From Malacoraja senta (Eukaryota), in assembly GCA_038087875.1 (NCBI GenBank), contig CM075991.1:5456001-5520000 (forward strand): a DNA stretch of 64,000 nucleotides. Reading direction: 5' to 3'. Below are positions 23,511-35,999 of this stretch, piece by piece. The position numbers were made by a program, and so were the translations under genes. Under the pieces are notes generated by a model. That model had not been told where the DNA came from, ran no database searches, and saw only the letters and a list, made by a program, of their open reading frames with translations. How positions within the stretch are numbered: position 1 is the stretch's first letter; each line of letters starts with the position of its first letter.

Positions 23511-23774
23511 GAGGTTCTGAGCAGACAAATGGCCGTCTTTCACCAAATTGATTGACTTCCATTGGCACTTGATCTCCTTCCGACCTTGGAGAGATTGCCT
23601 TGTTGAACCTTGGCAGAGGACAGGTAAAAATCAATCACTTTGTTATGAGCCAGCGCTCACATTCAGGTCATAACAGTAAAGAAGGCATATTCACTTCCTT
23701 GAAGGACATTGTGAACTTTTTTTGCTTTAGGGCAATCATGAAACCATTTAAAAAAAGAGACATATTTTCCTAAA

Positions 23775-24850
23775 GTCTTTAGACTTGAGACTTTGGAGAT
23801 ACAGCCAGGAAACAGGCCCTTCGGCCCACCGAGATGGTGCTGACCAATGATCACTCCCTACACTAGCACAATCGTACACACTGGGGATAATTTATAATTT
23901 TACTGAATCCGATTAACTTACAAACCTGCACGTCTTTGGAGTGTGGGAGGAAACCGGAACTCCTGGAGAAAACCCACACAGTCACAGGGAGAATGTACAA
24001 ACTCCATACCGACAGCACCCATAGTCAGGATCGAACCCAGGTCTCTGGCACAATCAATCACAATAATACTTTATTCGCCAATTTTGTTTTGCAACATACG
24101 AGGAATTTCATTTGCCAAGTCAGTCATACAAATAAAAAGCAACGGAACAGACAAAATACATTTTAACATAAACATCCACCACAGTGACTCCTCCACATTC
24201 CTCACTGTGATGGAAGGCGAAAAAAAGTTCAAATCTCTTCCCATCTTTGTTCTCCCGCCATCGGGGGCCTCGAGCCCTCCGTTGACGGGACGATCTTGAC
24301 TCTTGGCGGCGTTTGGGCCCTCCGCATTGGGGCGATCAGCTCCTGCATTTGGGGGGGGGGGGGATATAAGTTCCCCGCGCCGGCAATCGGACCCCACGTC
24401 GGGGTTGGTCGAGCCTCTGCGACGTTGGAGCTTCACGACTAGCCTATCCCGAGACTGCGAGCTCTCGATGTAATGTCCGCAGCCCGCGGTTGGAGCTATC
24501 CAAGGCAAGGGATCGACTCCGGTGTTAAGTCCATGCCCCGTGGCAGGGCCCAAGGTCAGTCCGAGGAGGCCTCCAGCTCCATCAATGGTAGGCCGCAGAG
24601 CGACCAGAGACACAATCTCATCTCTGGCAAGGTAAGAAACTGGAAACAAAAATTCCCCTGACCCCCTCCCCCTCCCCCTCCCCCTCCCCCCACATAAAAC
24701 AAACCGGAGAACATTCACACAAACTTTTAACACACATTAAAACATTTTAAAAAGACGAATAAAGCAGACAGACTGTTGGCGGGGCTGCCAATCGTGCAGC
24801 GCCCCTGATGTGTCAGGCAGCAACTCTACTGCTGCGCCATTGTGCCACTC
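23775..24850 (-). mobile_element. HE1-like SINE interrupted by a GC-rich non-autonomous element (about 24051-24814)
   Basis: SINE junction gtctctggca|...|aggcagcaactctac; the insert has a (GATT)n tail and a catccaccacagtga...cctcactgtgatggaaggc block. Confidence 0.8.
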
Positions 24851-25143
24851 CGAGAAAAACATAGAAACATATCTGAATTATAGGTAATCAAACTTACCAA
24901 TAGCTGCTTCCTCTGGTTACAATTCGTAACTCCTCCATTCTTTGGACACACACCTTTATTTTAATCACTGACCTTTCTCTAACCATCTGCCCTCTCCCCC
25001 CTCCCCTTCCCTTCGCCTGTGACCTGCCAGTTTGACCTGCCCCTCCTCTCTTCTAGCTTGCTCCCACCTCCACGCTCCCCACCCCTACCCCGCTCTCACA
25101 ATCAGTTTGAAGAAGGGTCCCAACCTGCAACATCACCTATCCA

Positions 25144-25280
25144 CTGAGTCTGAAGAAGGGTGTCAACCCGAAATGTCACCCATTCCTTCTCTCCAGAAAT
25201 GCTGCCTGTCCCGCTGAGTTATTCCAGCTTTTTTGTGTCCATCTTCGGTTTAAACCAGCGTCTACAGTTCCCTCCTACGC
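25144..25280 (+). mobile_element. Penelope terminal-repeat unit nested in an older Penelope 3' end (about 24970-25350)
   Basis: 14-bp TSD acatcacctatcca at 25130-25143 and 25281-25294. Confidence 0.8.
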
Positions 25281-25869
25281 ACATCACCTATCCATGTCCT
25301 CCAGAGATGCTGCCTGACCCGTTGAGTTACTCCAGCACTTTGTGTCTTTTATGTTACTTTATTGGTGGCTGAATTCCCTGTATCTGTTAATCTAAGAAAT
25401 TGTGATTGTTGCTCCAGCAATTAAAATATTTGCTAGTCCCTCTGAAGCATTTTACCTTCGCTGTGATTCATAAAGGCTTCAGGTAAAGGTCTATTATTAT
25501 ATAATCTCTCTAACTGATTAATAAAACTAAGGATCAGATATTTCAGCCATATTATTTTGCTCTCCCAAGTTTACATTTCCAATTTTAATCATTGGGATGA
25601 GCTTGAAAATTAATTCCGAGCTGGAGATTGGTGTCTTAAAACTGGTGATCAGATTCTAAATTTAAAATTAAACTCTCCTCAAAAGCCTTTAATATGATAA
25701 ATATAACTGGCGTGCAGAGCTATCAAGAAGGTACATTAGCAGGCTGTGAGATCTGGCAATGTTTACTATTCCCCTTGTCCTCGTTAGCCATCAATGTGAA
25801 TATTCACAACCTGTCTCATCAATGCGCTTGCAGGCAGTGAACTTGCAACAGGTTCATATCTGTTGAAGG

Positions 25870-26125
25870 ACGATGGGAGCAGGTGATAAACGGTGCCTTG
25901 GCTGACGTTTCGACTCTGTGTGGTCCCCCTTTATGAGAAGACAGACAACACAATAAAGGCTCAGGAAGTTCGGCAGGTCCTCGATAACTCTCACCAACTT
26001 CGACGGATACGCCGTAGAAAACATTTCATCGGGACACTTCACGGCTTGGTTTGGGACACAGCTCCATCCAAGAGTGCAAGAATTTGCAGTGAGTTGTGCA
26101 GAGGTGGTGCCCAGTGGACACAGGA
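25870..26125 (+). mobile_element. Degraded Rex1-type fragment
   Basis: LRKFGRSSITLTNFDGYAVENISSGHFTAWFG-like remnant. Confidence 0.6.
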
Positions 26126-26269
26126 AGGCCGTTAGAAACAGTAACATACTGGTCTTTTCTTGCTTCCACTTCCCCCCTCCCCATACAATCAGTCTGAAGA
26201 TCGTGCTGGTTTTGTGGGTTAATTGGCCTGTGTAAAAAATCTCCCCTAGAATGCAGGCAGTGGAGGCAC

Positions 26270-26482
26270 GAGCACTACCCTACACACACTAGGGACAATT
26301 TACATGTTTTACCAAAGCCAATTAACCTACAAACCTGCAGGTCTTTGGAGTGTGGGAGGAAACTGGAGCACCTGGAGAAAACCCACATGGTCATGGAGAG
26401 AAGGTACAAACTCCGTATAGACAGCACCCATAGTCAGGATTGTCTCTGTTGCTATAAGGCAGCAACTCTACCACGCCACCCT
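26270..26482 (-). mobile_element. HE1-like SINE (partial)
   Basis: Matches other copies in the window. Confidence 0.75.
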
Positions 26483-28870
26483 CATTGGCAAGGCTGTCGG
26501 GAAAATATTCCAGCTTTGGTTGTAATCAACATTCAGGCATCGTTGCTCTGGTCACTAACTCCCCGGTCAGATAGTAGTCATGGAAATCTCACTCCCTCTC
26601 TCCCACTGCCTGAAACACAATCTCTGAGTTGGTCACGTTACATAAATATCACTGCCACACCCTCCCTCTCCTTTCCACAGTCCATTGGAAATTGGGACCT
26701 CTCCTTGCTGTTTGATAGGAAGACGAAACTGCATTGTGAGTCAAGCAACCCTTCCTTTTCTCAATGCCCACATCTTTGTGACAAACATGCAAAGTGTGGA
26801 TAGATCATGATTCACTCACTAACGCCTCCATGGTTTTTCTCCCAGGTTGCCCTGGAGATTAATCAGCATGTCCCTGTGATGCTGGCCTGCTGCCGAGAGA
26901 CTGCCTCTCCTGCTACGGGTGGAACCTGATAATGGCTTCTCCATGTCTCCAGATGGCTAACATCAGGAAAATGTCACACCGAACACATTACCTCAGCCGG
27001 TCAGGGATTAGGAAGCAAAGCTGAGGTCGGGAGCACTGACCCACTGCGCATACGTCTGAGATTAGTTTTGTTTCTAAAACTATTAATGGAAAAGGGAAGT
27101 GAGGCCTTGATGAATTTGGCAGAAATAGAAACACAGAGAGAAAAAAACAGACCTCAACCACTTCCCATGTCACCGCGTCACAGTCTTCTATCACATGGTT
27201 AGTGTCTAAAACAAGACAATAGCTGCAGTCACTTCAACAACTTCCTGCAATGTTTTTCCTATTTTCGACAGTAAACACCGCTTGTCACTAACAAACAATA
27301 CATCCTCGTAAGGTGTTGCCGCTACAAACAGCGCTGTGTGTTATTGAGTAAAATCCACTTAACTCCTTTAGTAGCGATACAGGGTTCAAAGCACTCACAT
27401 CATTGAGAGGCCTGCTGCAAATACAGCAGTGCCCTGCTGAGCTGCTACTGCATTGTCAAATGTTTGTTGGAATTTGTTTGTGCAAGCTCTCCAGCTGTGA
27501 AGCCTGCACTGCAGATAGACACAAAATGCTGGAGTAACTCAGCGGGACAGGCAGCGTCTCTGGATAGAAGGAATGGGTGACATTTCGGGTCGAGATCCTT
27601 CTTCAGGTTGCACTGCTCTAGTAAGACTGAGCTGAGTGGAATTGGTGATGCCACAGTCAGAGAGTCAAACAGCACAGAACCAGGCCCTTCGGTCTGACTT
27701 GTCCATGTATGCCCACACCGACCAAGATGCCCAATCTACGCTAGTCCCACCTGCCCTCATGTGGCCAATATCTCTCGAAACCTTTTCTATCCAAATCCAT
27801 TGCTGGTTCTTAATTCATGTCTTTGAATTTAGTTGGAACCATGGCAAATTGCAACGGTGAAAAGCTTTTGTTGCGTACTAACAAGTCAGTGGAGATACTA
27901 TCCATTACAATCGAGCCATTCACTGCGTACAGATACATGATAACGGGATTAATGCTTGGTGCAAGATAAAGGCCAGTATTAGAGTTTTGGGGACAAGGTG
28001 GTGATAGATTAGATTACAAACCCAGTGTATGGTGGGACAGGCTTGAGGTGCTAAACAACCTTAGGTTCCAATAACCTGATCACCTGGAACTAAGTCTTGT
28101 CCACGACAGGATTTGACAAAAGGCTCCGGCCTCCTCCAATGTGTAGGATTAGTGTCAATGGGTGCAAACCTGCTCAGCGGAAAGGCCTGTTTCCATGCTG
28201 CATTTTTCCATCTATCGCCAAGTATCAGGAAACTGTTGGATGGCTGAAAAATTTTGAACCTAAATTCATAAAACCACAATGCGTAATCGTCAGATGTTGG
28301 TCAACAGAATCCATTATAGACTCATGTAGTATGGAAACAGGCCCTTCGGCCCAGCTTGCCCATGTGACCAAAGTGCCCCATCTCCGCTGGTCTCACTTGC
28401 CAGCATTTGACCTACATCCCTCTAAACCTTTCCTCGCCATGTACCTGTCCAAATGTCTTTTAAATGTTGCTATAGTTTCTGCCTCAACTACCTCCTCCGG
28501 CAGCTCATTCCATATACCCACCAGCCTCTGTGTGAAATAGTTGCCCCTCAGATTCCCGTTAAACCTTTCCCTCTCTCACCTTAAACCTATATCATCTGGT
28601 TCTTGATTTCTGTAACTTCCTGTGAAAAAATGTGGCTCTACGTTGCCAGATTCTCATCTGTGGCACAGTTTCCAGTGTGGCCCGATGAAGAACCTTGGCT
28701 TTGAGGTGACAACCTGGCAGACCCTGACGGTCTAGGCTGCCCGTGTGCAGTCTTTGGCCCAGTTATCCCGTAGCAGATGACATTACTGGCAACATAGGTT
28801 TACTTCTTGGAACGTACATGGAAAAAAGCTACTGAAACACTGGCTTGCCAGTCCGAGTGAGGATGTGTGT

Positions 28871-29002
28871 TAAAGCTCGATCTCCCCTTCTCTCTGCCCT
28901 TACAGTTACATTAGGCTTAGTAATAAATTGCTGCATTAAAGCTCAATCTCCCCTCCTTGCTGCCCCTGCAGTTAAATTTAGATTATTAATAAATTGCTGC
29001 AT
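28871..29002. repeat. Diverged 2 x 66-bp tandem duplication
   Basis: Units 28871-28936 and 28937-29002, each taaagctc...taataaattgctgcat. Confidence 0.9.
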
Positions 29003-29199
29003 TCCTAGCAATGTTGAATTTAATTTATTTAAAGAATTAACTGTTGGCGAGATCTCTTAATGTCCTCATGCCAAGGCAAATTAACTTGTAAAAGCTTTCT
29101 GAGCCAGTGGTGTAGAGGAGGTGCCAATCCAGGGGATAAAAACACACAGTAGAATATTTCTGCAATGATGGTATTTTAGTGTACACATGAAAGAAAAAC

Positions 29200-29605
29200 C
29201 ATGCGTTCTTACAACAATTTTCATGTCATTTAAAGCACCTCGCAGCTGGTTAAGTACCATTATACTGCACAAACGGTGGCAACACAGGAAGCTTGGCAGC
29301 ACACTGGGGCACAGAAAATTCCCACAAACAGCAGTGCGATAATGAGTAGATAATCTGTTTTAGTGGTTTTGGTTCAGGGATAAATATTGGCAGAGTTCAC
29401 TGGGGAGAACTCCCCTACTCTTCGTCAAAATAGGGCCGTGGGATGGATTAGATCCAGCTGAAAGAGCAGATGGCATCTTGGTTGAAAGTCTCTGCCAGAA
29501 GGTGGCACCTCTGCGGACACGGCATCACATGAGTACCAAACTGGAGCTGGTGTTGAACCCAGGCCCGTCGAGGCCAGGAAAAAGTGCTTCACGATTAGCC
29601 ACGAT
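29200..29605 (-). mobile_element. Ancient DeuSINE (SacSINE1-like), near full length
   Basis: cccacaaacagcag...gataatctgttttagtg...agggataaatattggc...ggggagaactcccct is the reverse complement of the Deu domain. Confidence 0.75.
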
Positions 29606-29714
29606 AAAGGTAAAGGGATGTCTGGCATGTGGCTTTCAACGTGAGATTAGAAGAGTTCAGGGCCAGCACGTTCCTGTTAGAGTGAAGGGGAATTCTGGGA
29701 AGAGATATTCTGGG

Positions 29715-30518
29715 AAGAGATTTGGTGGCAAAAACAAGAAAGTAGACTATTACCTGAATGGTGGCTGATTAGGAAAAGGGGTGATGCAACGAGACCTGGG
29801 TGTCATGGTACACCAGTCATTGAAAGTGGGCATGCAGGTGCTGCAGGCAGTGAAGAAAGCGAATGGTATGTTAGCATTCATAGCAAAAGGATTTGAGTAT
29901 AGGAGCAGGGAGGTTCTACTGCAGCTGTGCAGGGTCTTGGTGAAACCACACCTGGAGTATTGTGTACAGTTTTGGTCTCCTAATCTGAGGAAGGACATTC
30001 TTGCCATAGAGGGAGTACAGAGAAGGTTCACCAGACTGATTCCTGGGATGTCAGGACTTTCATATGAGGAAAGACTGGATGGACTCGGCTTGTACTCGCT
30101 AGAATTTAGAAGACTGAGCGGGGATCTTATAGAAACTTACAAAAATTCTTAAGGGGTTGGACAGGCTAGATGCAGGAAGATTGTTCCCGATGTTGGGGGA
30201 GTCCAGAACAAGGGGTCACAGTTTAAGGATAAAGGGGAAATCTTTTAGGACTGAGATGAGAAAAACATTTTTTACACAGAGAGTGGTGAATCTCTGGAAT
30301 TCTCTGCCACAGAAAGTAGTTGAGGCCAGTTCATTGGCTATATTTAAGAGGGAGTTAGATGTGGCCCTTGTGGCTAAAGGGATCAGGGGGTATGGAGAGA
30401 AAGCAGGTACAGGATACTGAGTTGGATGATCAGCCATGATCATATTGAATGGCGGTGCAGGCTCGAAGGGCCGAATGGCCTACTCCTGCACCTATTTTCT
30501 ATGTTTCTATGTTTCTAT
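29715..30518 (+). mobile_element. Young CR1 3' fragment inserted in an older CR1
   Basis: QRDLGVMVHQSLK...PHLEYCVQFWSP...; one frameshift at about 30145; (ctatgttt)n tail. Confidence 0.92.
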
Positions 30519-32610
30519 ATTGAGGCTCTGGTCAGGAAAAAGGAGGAGGCAGATGACGTGTAGACAGCTGGGATCAAGTGATCCTCGTGATGCAGCAGAC
30601 CTAAGAAGGAAGTTAGAAGAGCAAAAAGAGGCAATTAAATATCCCAGCAGATAATGTAAATGACGATCGTAAAAGAGTCTACGTTTTTTAAAGAACAAAA
30701 GAGCAATGGTGCCATGGGAAATGGGCAAAGTCTTAAATGAATACTTCTTGTCCATATTTACCTTGGAGAAGGACATGGAAGCCTGTGAGTTCAGATGATA
30801 TCCTGGAGTGTACCAACATTATGAAGGACCTGATGTTGGAAGTCTTAAAATTCACAAAGGTTTAATAAATGCCCAGAGCCTGATCAGGCATATCTTAGGA
30901 ATATGTTATGGGAAGCAAGGGATTAGATTGCTGGGGTCTTGGGATAGTTTCTTCCCCGCTTTTAAGAGCAACTGAAGTGTTCTCTCACCAACTAGAGAGC
31001 AGTCCTGACCTCCCGTCGACCTCATTGGAGACCTTTGAGCTATCTTTAATCAGAATTGACTGGACTTCATCTTACACTGAACCCTTTACCCTGTATCTGC
31101 AAACTGTGTAAGGCTTAATTGTAATCATGTATGATCTTTTCGTTGACTGGATAGCATGCACCGAAAAAGCTTTTCACGGTACCTCGGTATACATGACAAT
31201 AATAAATTAAACCAAACTAAGAAACTTTTGTATCTTTGTTAGCCAGAGGTTCCTTAGTTCATAAGTTTTAGGAGCAGAATTAGGCTCATCAAGTCTACTC
31301 TGCCATTCAATCATGGCTGATCTATCTTTCCCTCTCAACCCCATTCTCCGGCCTTCTCCCCATAAACCCTGAATGGTGAGGTACCAGAAGACTGGAGGAT
31401 AGCTAATGTAAGAAGGCCAGCAGGGATAAACCATGGATTGATAGGCCAGTGAGCTTTACATCAGTGGTGGAGGATTATTGGAAGGAATTTTGAGTTGCAT
31501 TTGGAAAGACAAGGGTTGATTACCAATAGTCAGCATGGCTTTGCACATTGGAAATCCTGAGTTTGACAGAATGTCCTTCTGTTGAGGTGACTAAGAGAAC
31601 AGATGAGGGTCGGGTAGTAGAAAGCTTTTAGCAAGGCCTTTGACAAGATTCCACATGGTAGGCTGGAAATGTAAATCACATGAGATGCAAAGGGAGCTAA
31701 TTAATTGGATACAAATTGGCTTGGTGGTCGGACTCAGAGGGTGTTAGTGGAGGGATGCGTTTCAGATTGGAGGCCTGTGACCTGTGGCGTGTTGCAAGGA
31801 TTAGTGCTGGGTCCTTTGCTGTTTGTTTATACCAATGATTTGAATGAGAATGTCGGTGGCATGATGAGTAAGTCTGCAGACAGCACCAACATTGAAGATA
31901 TGGTGGACAGTGAGGAATGTTGTCTAATGTTTACACAGGATGTAGGTCAACTGAAAAAGTGGAAAAGGGGACAATGGTTAACTCACTCAAAATCACAGTG
32001 AAGATAGACACAAAATGCTGGAATAACTCAGTGGGACAGGCAGCATCTCTGGAGAGAAGGAATGGGTGACGTTTCAGGTCGAGACCCTTATTCAGATGCA
32101 TTTCGGGAAGTTAAATTAGGGCTGGACAAACACAGTGAATGGCAAGTTCCTGGGAAGTTTTGTTGAAGAGTGAGAACTTGGGGTACAAATACATAATTCC
32201 CTCAAATTGGCGGCATAGGTAGATAGGATATGTGGTGAAGAAGGCTTTATGGTGTGCCTGCCTTCATCGGCCGAGACATTGGAGTATAAGAGTTGGGACA
32301 TCGTGTTACAGCTGTGGCCACACTTGGGCGTATTATGTACAATTCAGGTCTTCACATTGTGGAAACAAGGTGATTAAGTTAGAGGTGGTGCAGAAAAGAT
32401 TCACAAGGATGTTAGCTGAATCGGAGGGCTTCAGTTACAAGGAGGGATTGGATGGGATGGGACTATTTTCCCTGGAGCCTACAAGGGTGAGGTAATATAA
32501 AAGAGCCACATAAAATTATGAGGAGCACTAATAGGGCAGATCACCAGCGTCTGTTTCCCTGGCTGGGGAAGTTTAAAACGAGCAGGCATAGGTTTAAGGT
32601 AAAGTGGGTT
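30519..32610 (+). mobile_element. Old degraded CR1 ORF2 with nested Rex1-type, CR1 and Penelope pieces
   Basis: NWLGGRTQRVLVEGCVSDWRPVTCGVLQGLVLGPLLF and LEVVQKRFTRML. Confidence 0.8.
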
Positions 32611-32685
32611 TGAGCGGAGAATTGGTACGGACTAGTTGGTGTCAGGATTGAACTGACACAGGAGGTGATGGAGGCAAGAAGAGGA

Positions 32686-33008
32686 ACGGCACGGTGACGC
32701 AGCGGTAGAGCTACTGCCTTCCAGCTCCTGAGATCTGGGTTCGATCCTGACTACAGTTGCCTGTCTGTACGGAGGTTGTACGTTCTCCCCGTGACCTACG
32801 TGAGTTTTCTCCCAGATCTTCGGTTTCCTCCCACACTCCAAAGACGTACAGGTTTGTAGGTTAATTGGCTCGGTATTAATGTATACATGTAAAATTGTCC
32901 CTAGTGTGGTGTTAATGTGAGGGGATTGCTGGTCGGTGCAGACTCGGTGGGCTGAAGGCCTGTTTCCGTGCTGTATCTCTACAGCAAACTAAATTAAACT
33001 AAACTAAA
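32686..33008 (+). mobile_element. HE1-like SINE
   Basis: cggcacggtgacgcagcggtagag...gggttcgatcc; (actaa)n tail. Confidence 0.85.
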
Positions 33009-34166
33009 AGGAACAATATTTAGGAGGTATCTGGACAGATATTTCAATGGCAAAGCATAGAGGGGCATGGACTTAATGTAGGCAAGTGGTATTAGTATAG
33101 ATAAGCAGGATGGTTGACATGGGTGAGGTGGGCCAAAGGGCCTGTTTCTTTGCTGAATGAGCCTGTAACTCCACAACACAATAACTTTGCAAGCAGGAAC
33201 ACATAATATATTCTTACAATGCAAATGTGATTTTTCTTTTAAGAAGTACTCAATTAGTTGTAACTGCTTTGAGACACGAAAGTAGCAAAATAAATTAAAA
33301 TGATATCTCCTTACTCCTGCTGATACGTTAATAGAATTAGTAAATTTGAAACACGGCTGTTCCTGTTCGACTGGGTGTTGTGTTTACAACGTCACCCATG
33401 CAATGGAAATAAATGCAAATGTTGAACACCAGTCCCTCCAAAAGGAAACATCACAGAACAATCTATTAAAAATCAATAAGTAATGCATCTGACAGAAATA
33501 GTCTCAGAATAATCCTTCACTAACACTGTTCCATTACAGAAGCAAGAAACAGTCTGCGGTGAGAAATTTGGTCACCCATTTCCTCTCCAGAGCTGTACAT
33601 TTCCTTTTGCCTTTCAACACAATTAGCAGCAGAAGATTTCCACATTTAGCACCCAGTTATCATGCTTGTTTTAAAAAGGAAGTTTTGATGCAAAATAAAT
33701 GCCTCGAGCTATTTTTTAAAATTTGAACCGGACTCTACAGTTTTGCATTCATTAGCATTTTTTTAACAGTGCCGGGCATTGTGAGACAGAAAGGTGCGGC
33801 TTCCAGTGAGACAGAGATGCATGTGTTCGTCTGTGGGCAGTGGGTGAGGTTAGAGGAGTGGTCACCTTTCCTCTCTGTTCCTGTCACACACTCCTCCCCA
33901 AATGCCCCCCTCTCCCATCACACCCACACCATAATTAAAAACCTTGGATGGATTCCACTAACTATGTTTCTCCAACAACTGACACCTGCATCTGTTCATT
34001 TGCATTCAGATCCCTCTTTGAGTGTTGTCACATTTCCTCTTCAGAATGGCTAGTGCATATAACGCAGTGTGAGCCATCTCAGGTTGGAGTCGTTGGGACA
34101 GGGTCAGGTTCAGGAACACACCACCCACCCTCCTCTTTGGGTGGAGACAATTAGATTGTACAATAA

Positions 34167-34648
34167 AGGGCCTGTCCCACTTGGGGGACCTAATCCGCGA
34201 GTTCTGGTGAGTTTGCCCTCGACTCACACTCGCAGCATGTAACTCTTCGTAACTCTCCTTCATGCTCGAGAGTGGTCTCCGCGTACTCGAGGCCTTAGCT
34301 AGGTCGCGGCGTTTTTTTCAAAATGCCCGCGAGTAAAAAAAGGTCGCCATGGAAAAAATCAATACTTTTTTTACTCGTAGGTTTAGTCGTAGTAGGTCGT
34401 AGTAGGTCGGCATGTTTGTCGTAGGTAATCGAGGGTAATCGAAAGTAGTCAAAGGTAGTCGTAGATAGTCTTCATCATAGTCGAAGGGAGGTCGAAGGGA
34501 GGTCGAAGGAGATCGAAGGAGGTCGAAGGAGGTCGTCTTCACTCTCCACTATTCGGTGTCCAATTTTCACGAAGTTAGTCGTAACTAGTCATAGCTAGTC
34601 GAAGCTGGTCTTCAACATAGTCAAAGGAGGTCTTCAACATGTCATTTT
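34167..34648. mobile_element. Harbinger-type MITE, right end missing
   Basis: TAA followed by agggcctgtcccactt; internal gtcgtag/gtcgaag sub-repeats related to the 16133 element. Confidence 0.75.
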
Positions 34649-34659
34649 CCCTCTGGACA

Positions 34660-34891
34660 CAAGCACTACCCTACACATTAGGGATTAATTTCCTTTTTTT
34701 TTAAACCAAATTCAATTAACCTTCAAACCTGTACATCTTTGGAGTTCGGTAGGAAAGGAAAACTAGAGAAAATCCACGCGGTCATGGGGAGAACGTACAA
34801 ACCCTGTACAGACAGCACCCATAGTCAGGATCGAACCTGGATCTCTGGCGCTGTAAGGCAACAACTCTACCACTGCACCACTGTGCCGCCC
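34660..34891 (-). mobile_element. HE1-like SINE
   Basis: Matches other copies in the window. Confidence 0.78.
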
Positions 34892-34899
34892 TCCATTAT

Positions 34900-35330
34900 G
34901 AAAAGGCTGCAAAAAGTAGTAAACACTGCCCAGGCCATCACCGGCTCTGACCTCCCTACCATCGAGGGGATCTATCGCAGGCGCTGCCTCAAAAAGGCTG
35001 GCAGCATCATCAAGGACCGACACCATCCTGGCCACTCACTCACCTCTCCGCTGCCATCAGGTAGAAGGTACAGGAGCCTGAAATCTGCAACATCCAGGTT
35101 CAGGAACAGTTTCTTCCCCACAGCCATCAGACAATTAAACACAACTCTGAACTATAACAGCCTATTGCACTTTATCTGTTTATTTATGTGTATGTATATA
35201 TGGTCTATGGTATATGGACACACTGATCTGTTCTGTATTTATGCCTACAATATTCTGTTGTGCTGAAGCAAAGCAAGAATTTCATTGTCCTATCTGGGAC
35301 ACATGACAATAAACTCTCTTGACTTGAACT
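34900..35330 (+). mobile_element. Rex1/Babar 3' end
   Basis: [19 protein letters not shown]...TAIRQLN; ends gaatttcattgtcc...gacaataaa-(cttga)n. Confidence 0.88.
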
Positions 35331-35567
35331 GAAGTTTGGGGGGAATGCTTGGTAAGGTGATATTTACTTGGTAAGGTCCCAATGTTTTCTCCTGCGAATT
35401 AGTTGGTTTTGCAGCACAGGAGAGATTCGGATGTGGGAAAGATGCCGGCAGCGATTCTACGCTGAGGTGAATGACCTTTGTTAGTTTGTTGTTAGAATGA
35501 AAACAAAAAATGGTGGAAATCAGTGGCTCAGGCAACATCGTGGGAAGAGAAATAGATATCATGTCTC

Positions 35568-35805
35568 AGTTTAGGTTTAGTTTAAGAGATTTAGCGTGGA
35601 AACAGGCCCTTTGGCCCAATGAGTACCCACCGAGCAACAACCACCTACAACTATACTGAACGGACAATTTACAGAACCCAATTAACCTACAAATCTGCAA
35701 TTCTTTGGAGTGTGGGAGGAAAACGAAGCAGTCAGAGAAAACCCGTATGGTCACAGGGAGAACGTACACACTCCGTACAGACAACACCCGTAGTCAGGAT
35801 TGAAA
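35568..35805 (-). mobile_element. HE1-like SINE lacking its head
   Basis: Matches other copies in the window. Confidence 0.75.
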
Positions 35806-35999
35806 CGTCACCTCTCCATGTTGTCACAGGCACACACCCAGGGGAAAGAGACGCTATCATGTGGCCAAATATCAGAAAGTGTGACAAATTGTGTTCATTG
35901 ATTAAAGAGGCAGAGTGGGAGGAGGCAGCCGTGGTGAGTGTAGAGGCTTTCTGTCAATGGATCAGCAAAACAATGACTCACCAGTGTCCATGAGAGTAT

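Noticed and set aside
24071..24733. 220-aa ORF in the GC-rich element
   Set aside because: Not conserved in the related copy at 49416-50231; explained by GC-rich stop-codon scarcity
26830..26990. Plus-strand acceptor tttttctcccag as a coding exon
   Set aside because: No recognisable peptide and no convincing donor or partner exons
32686..32770. tRNA-like sequences with A and B boxes
   Set aside because: They are SINE heads that continue into SINE bodies; no complete cloverleaf gene
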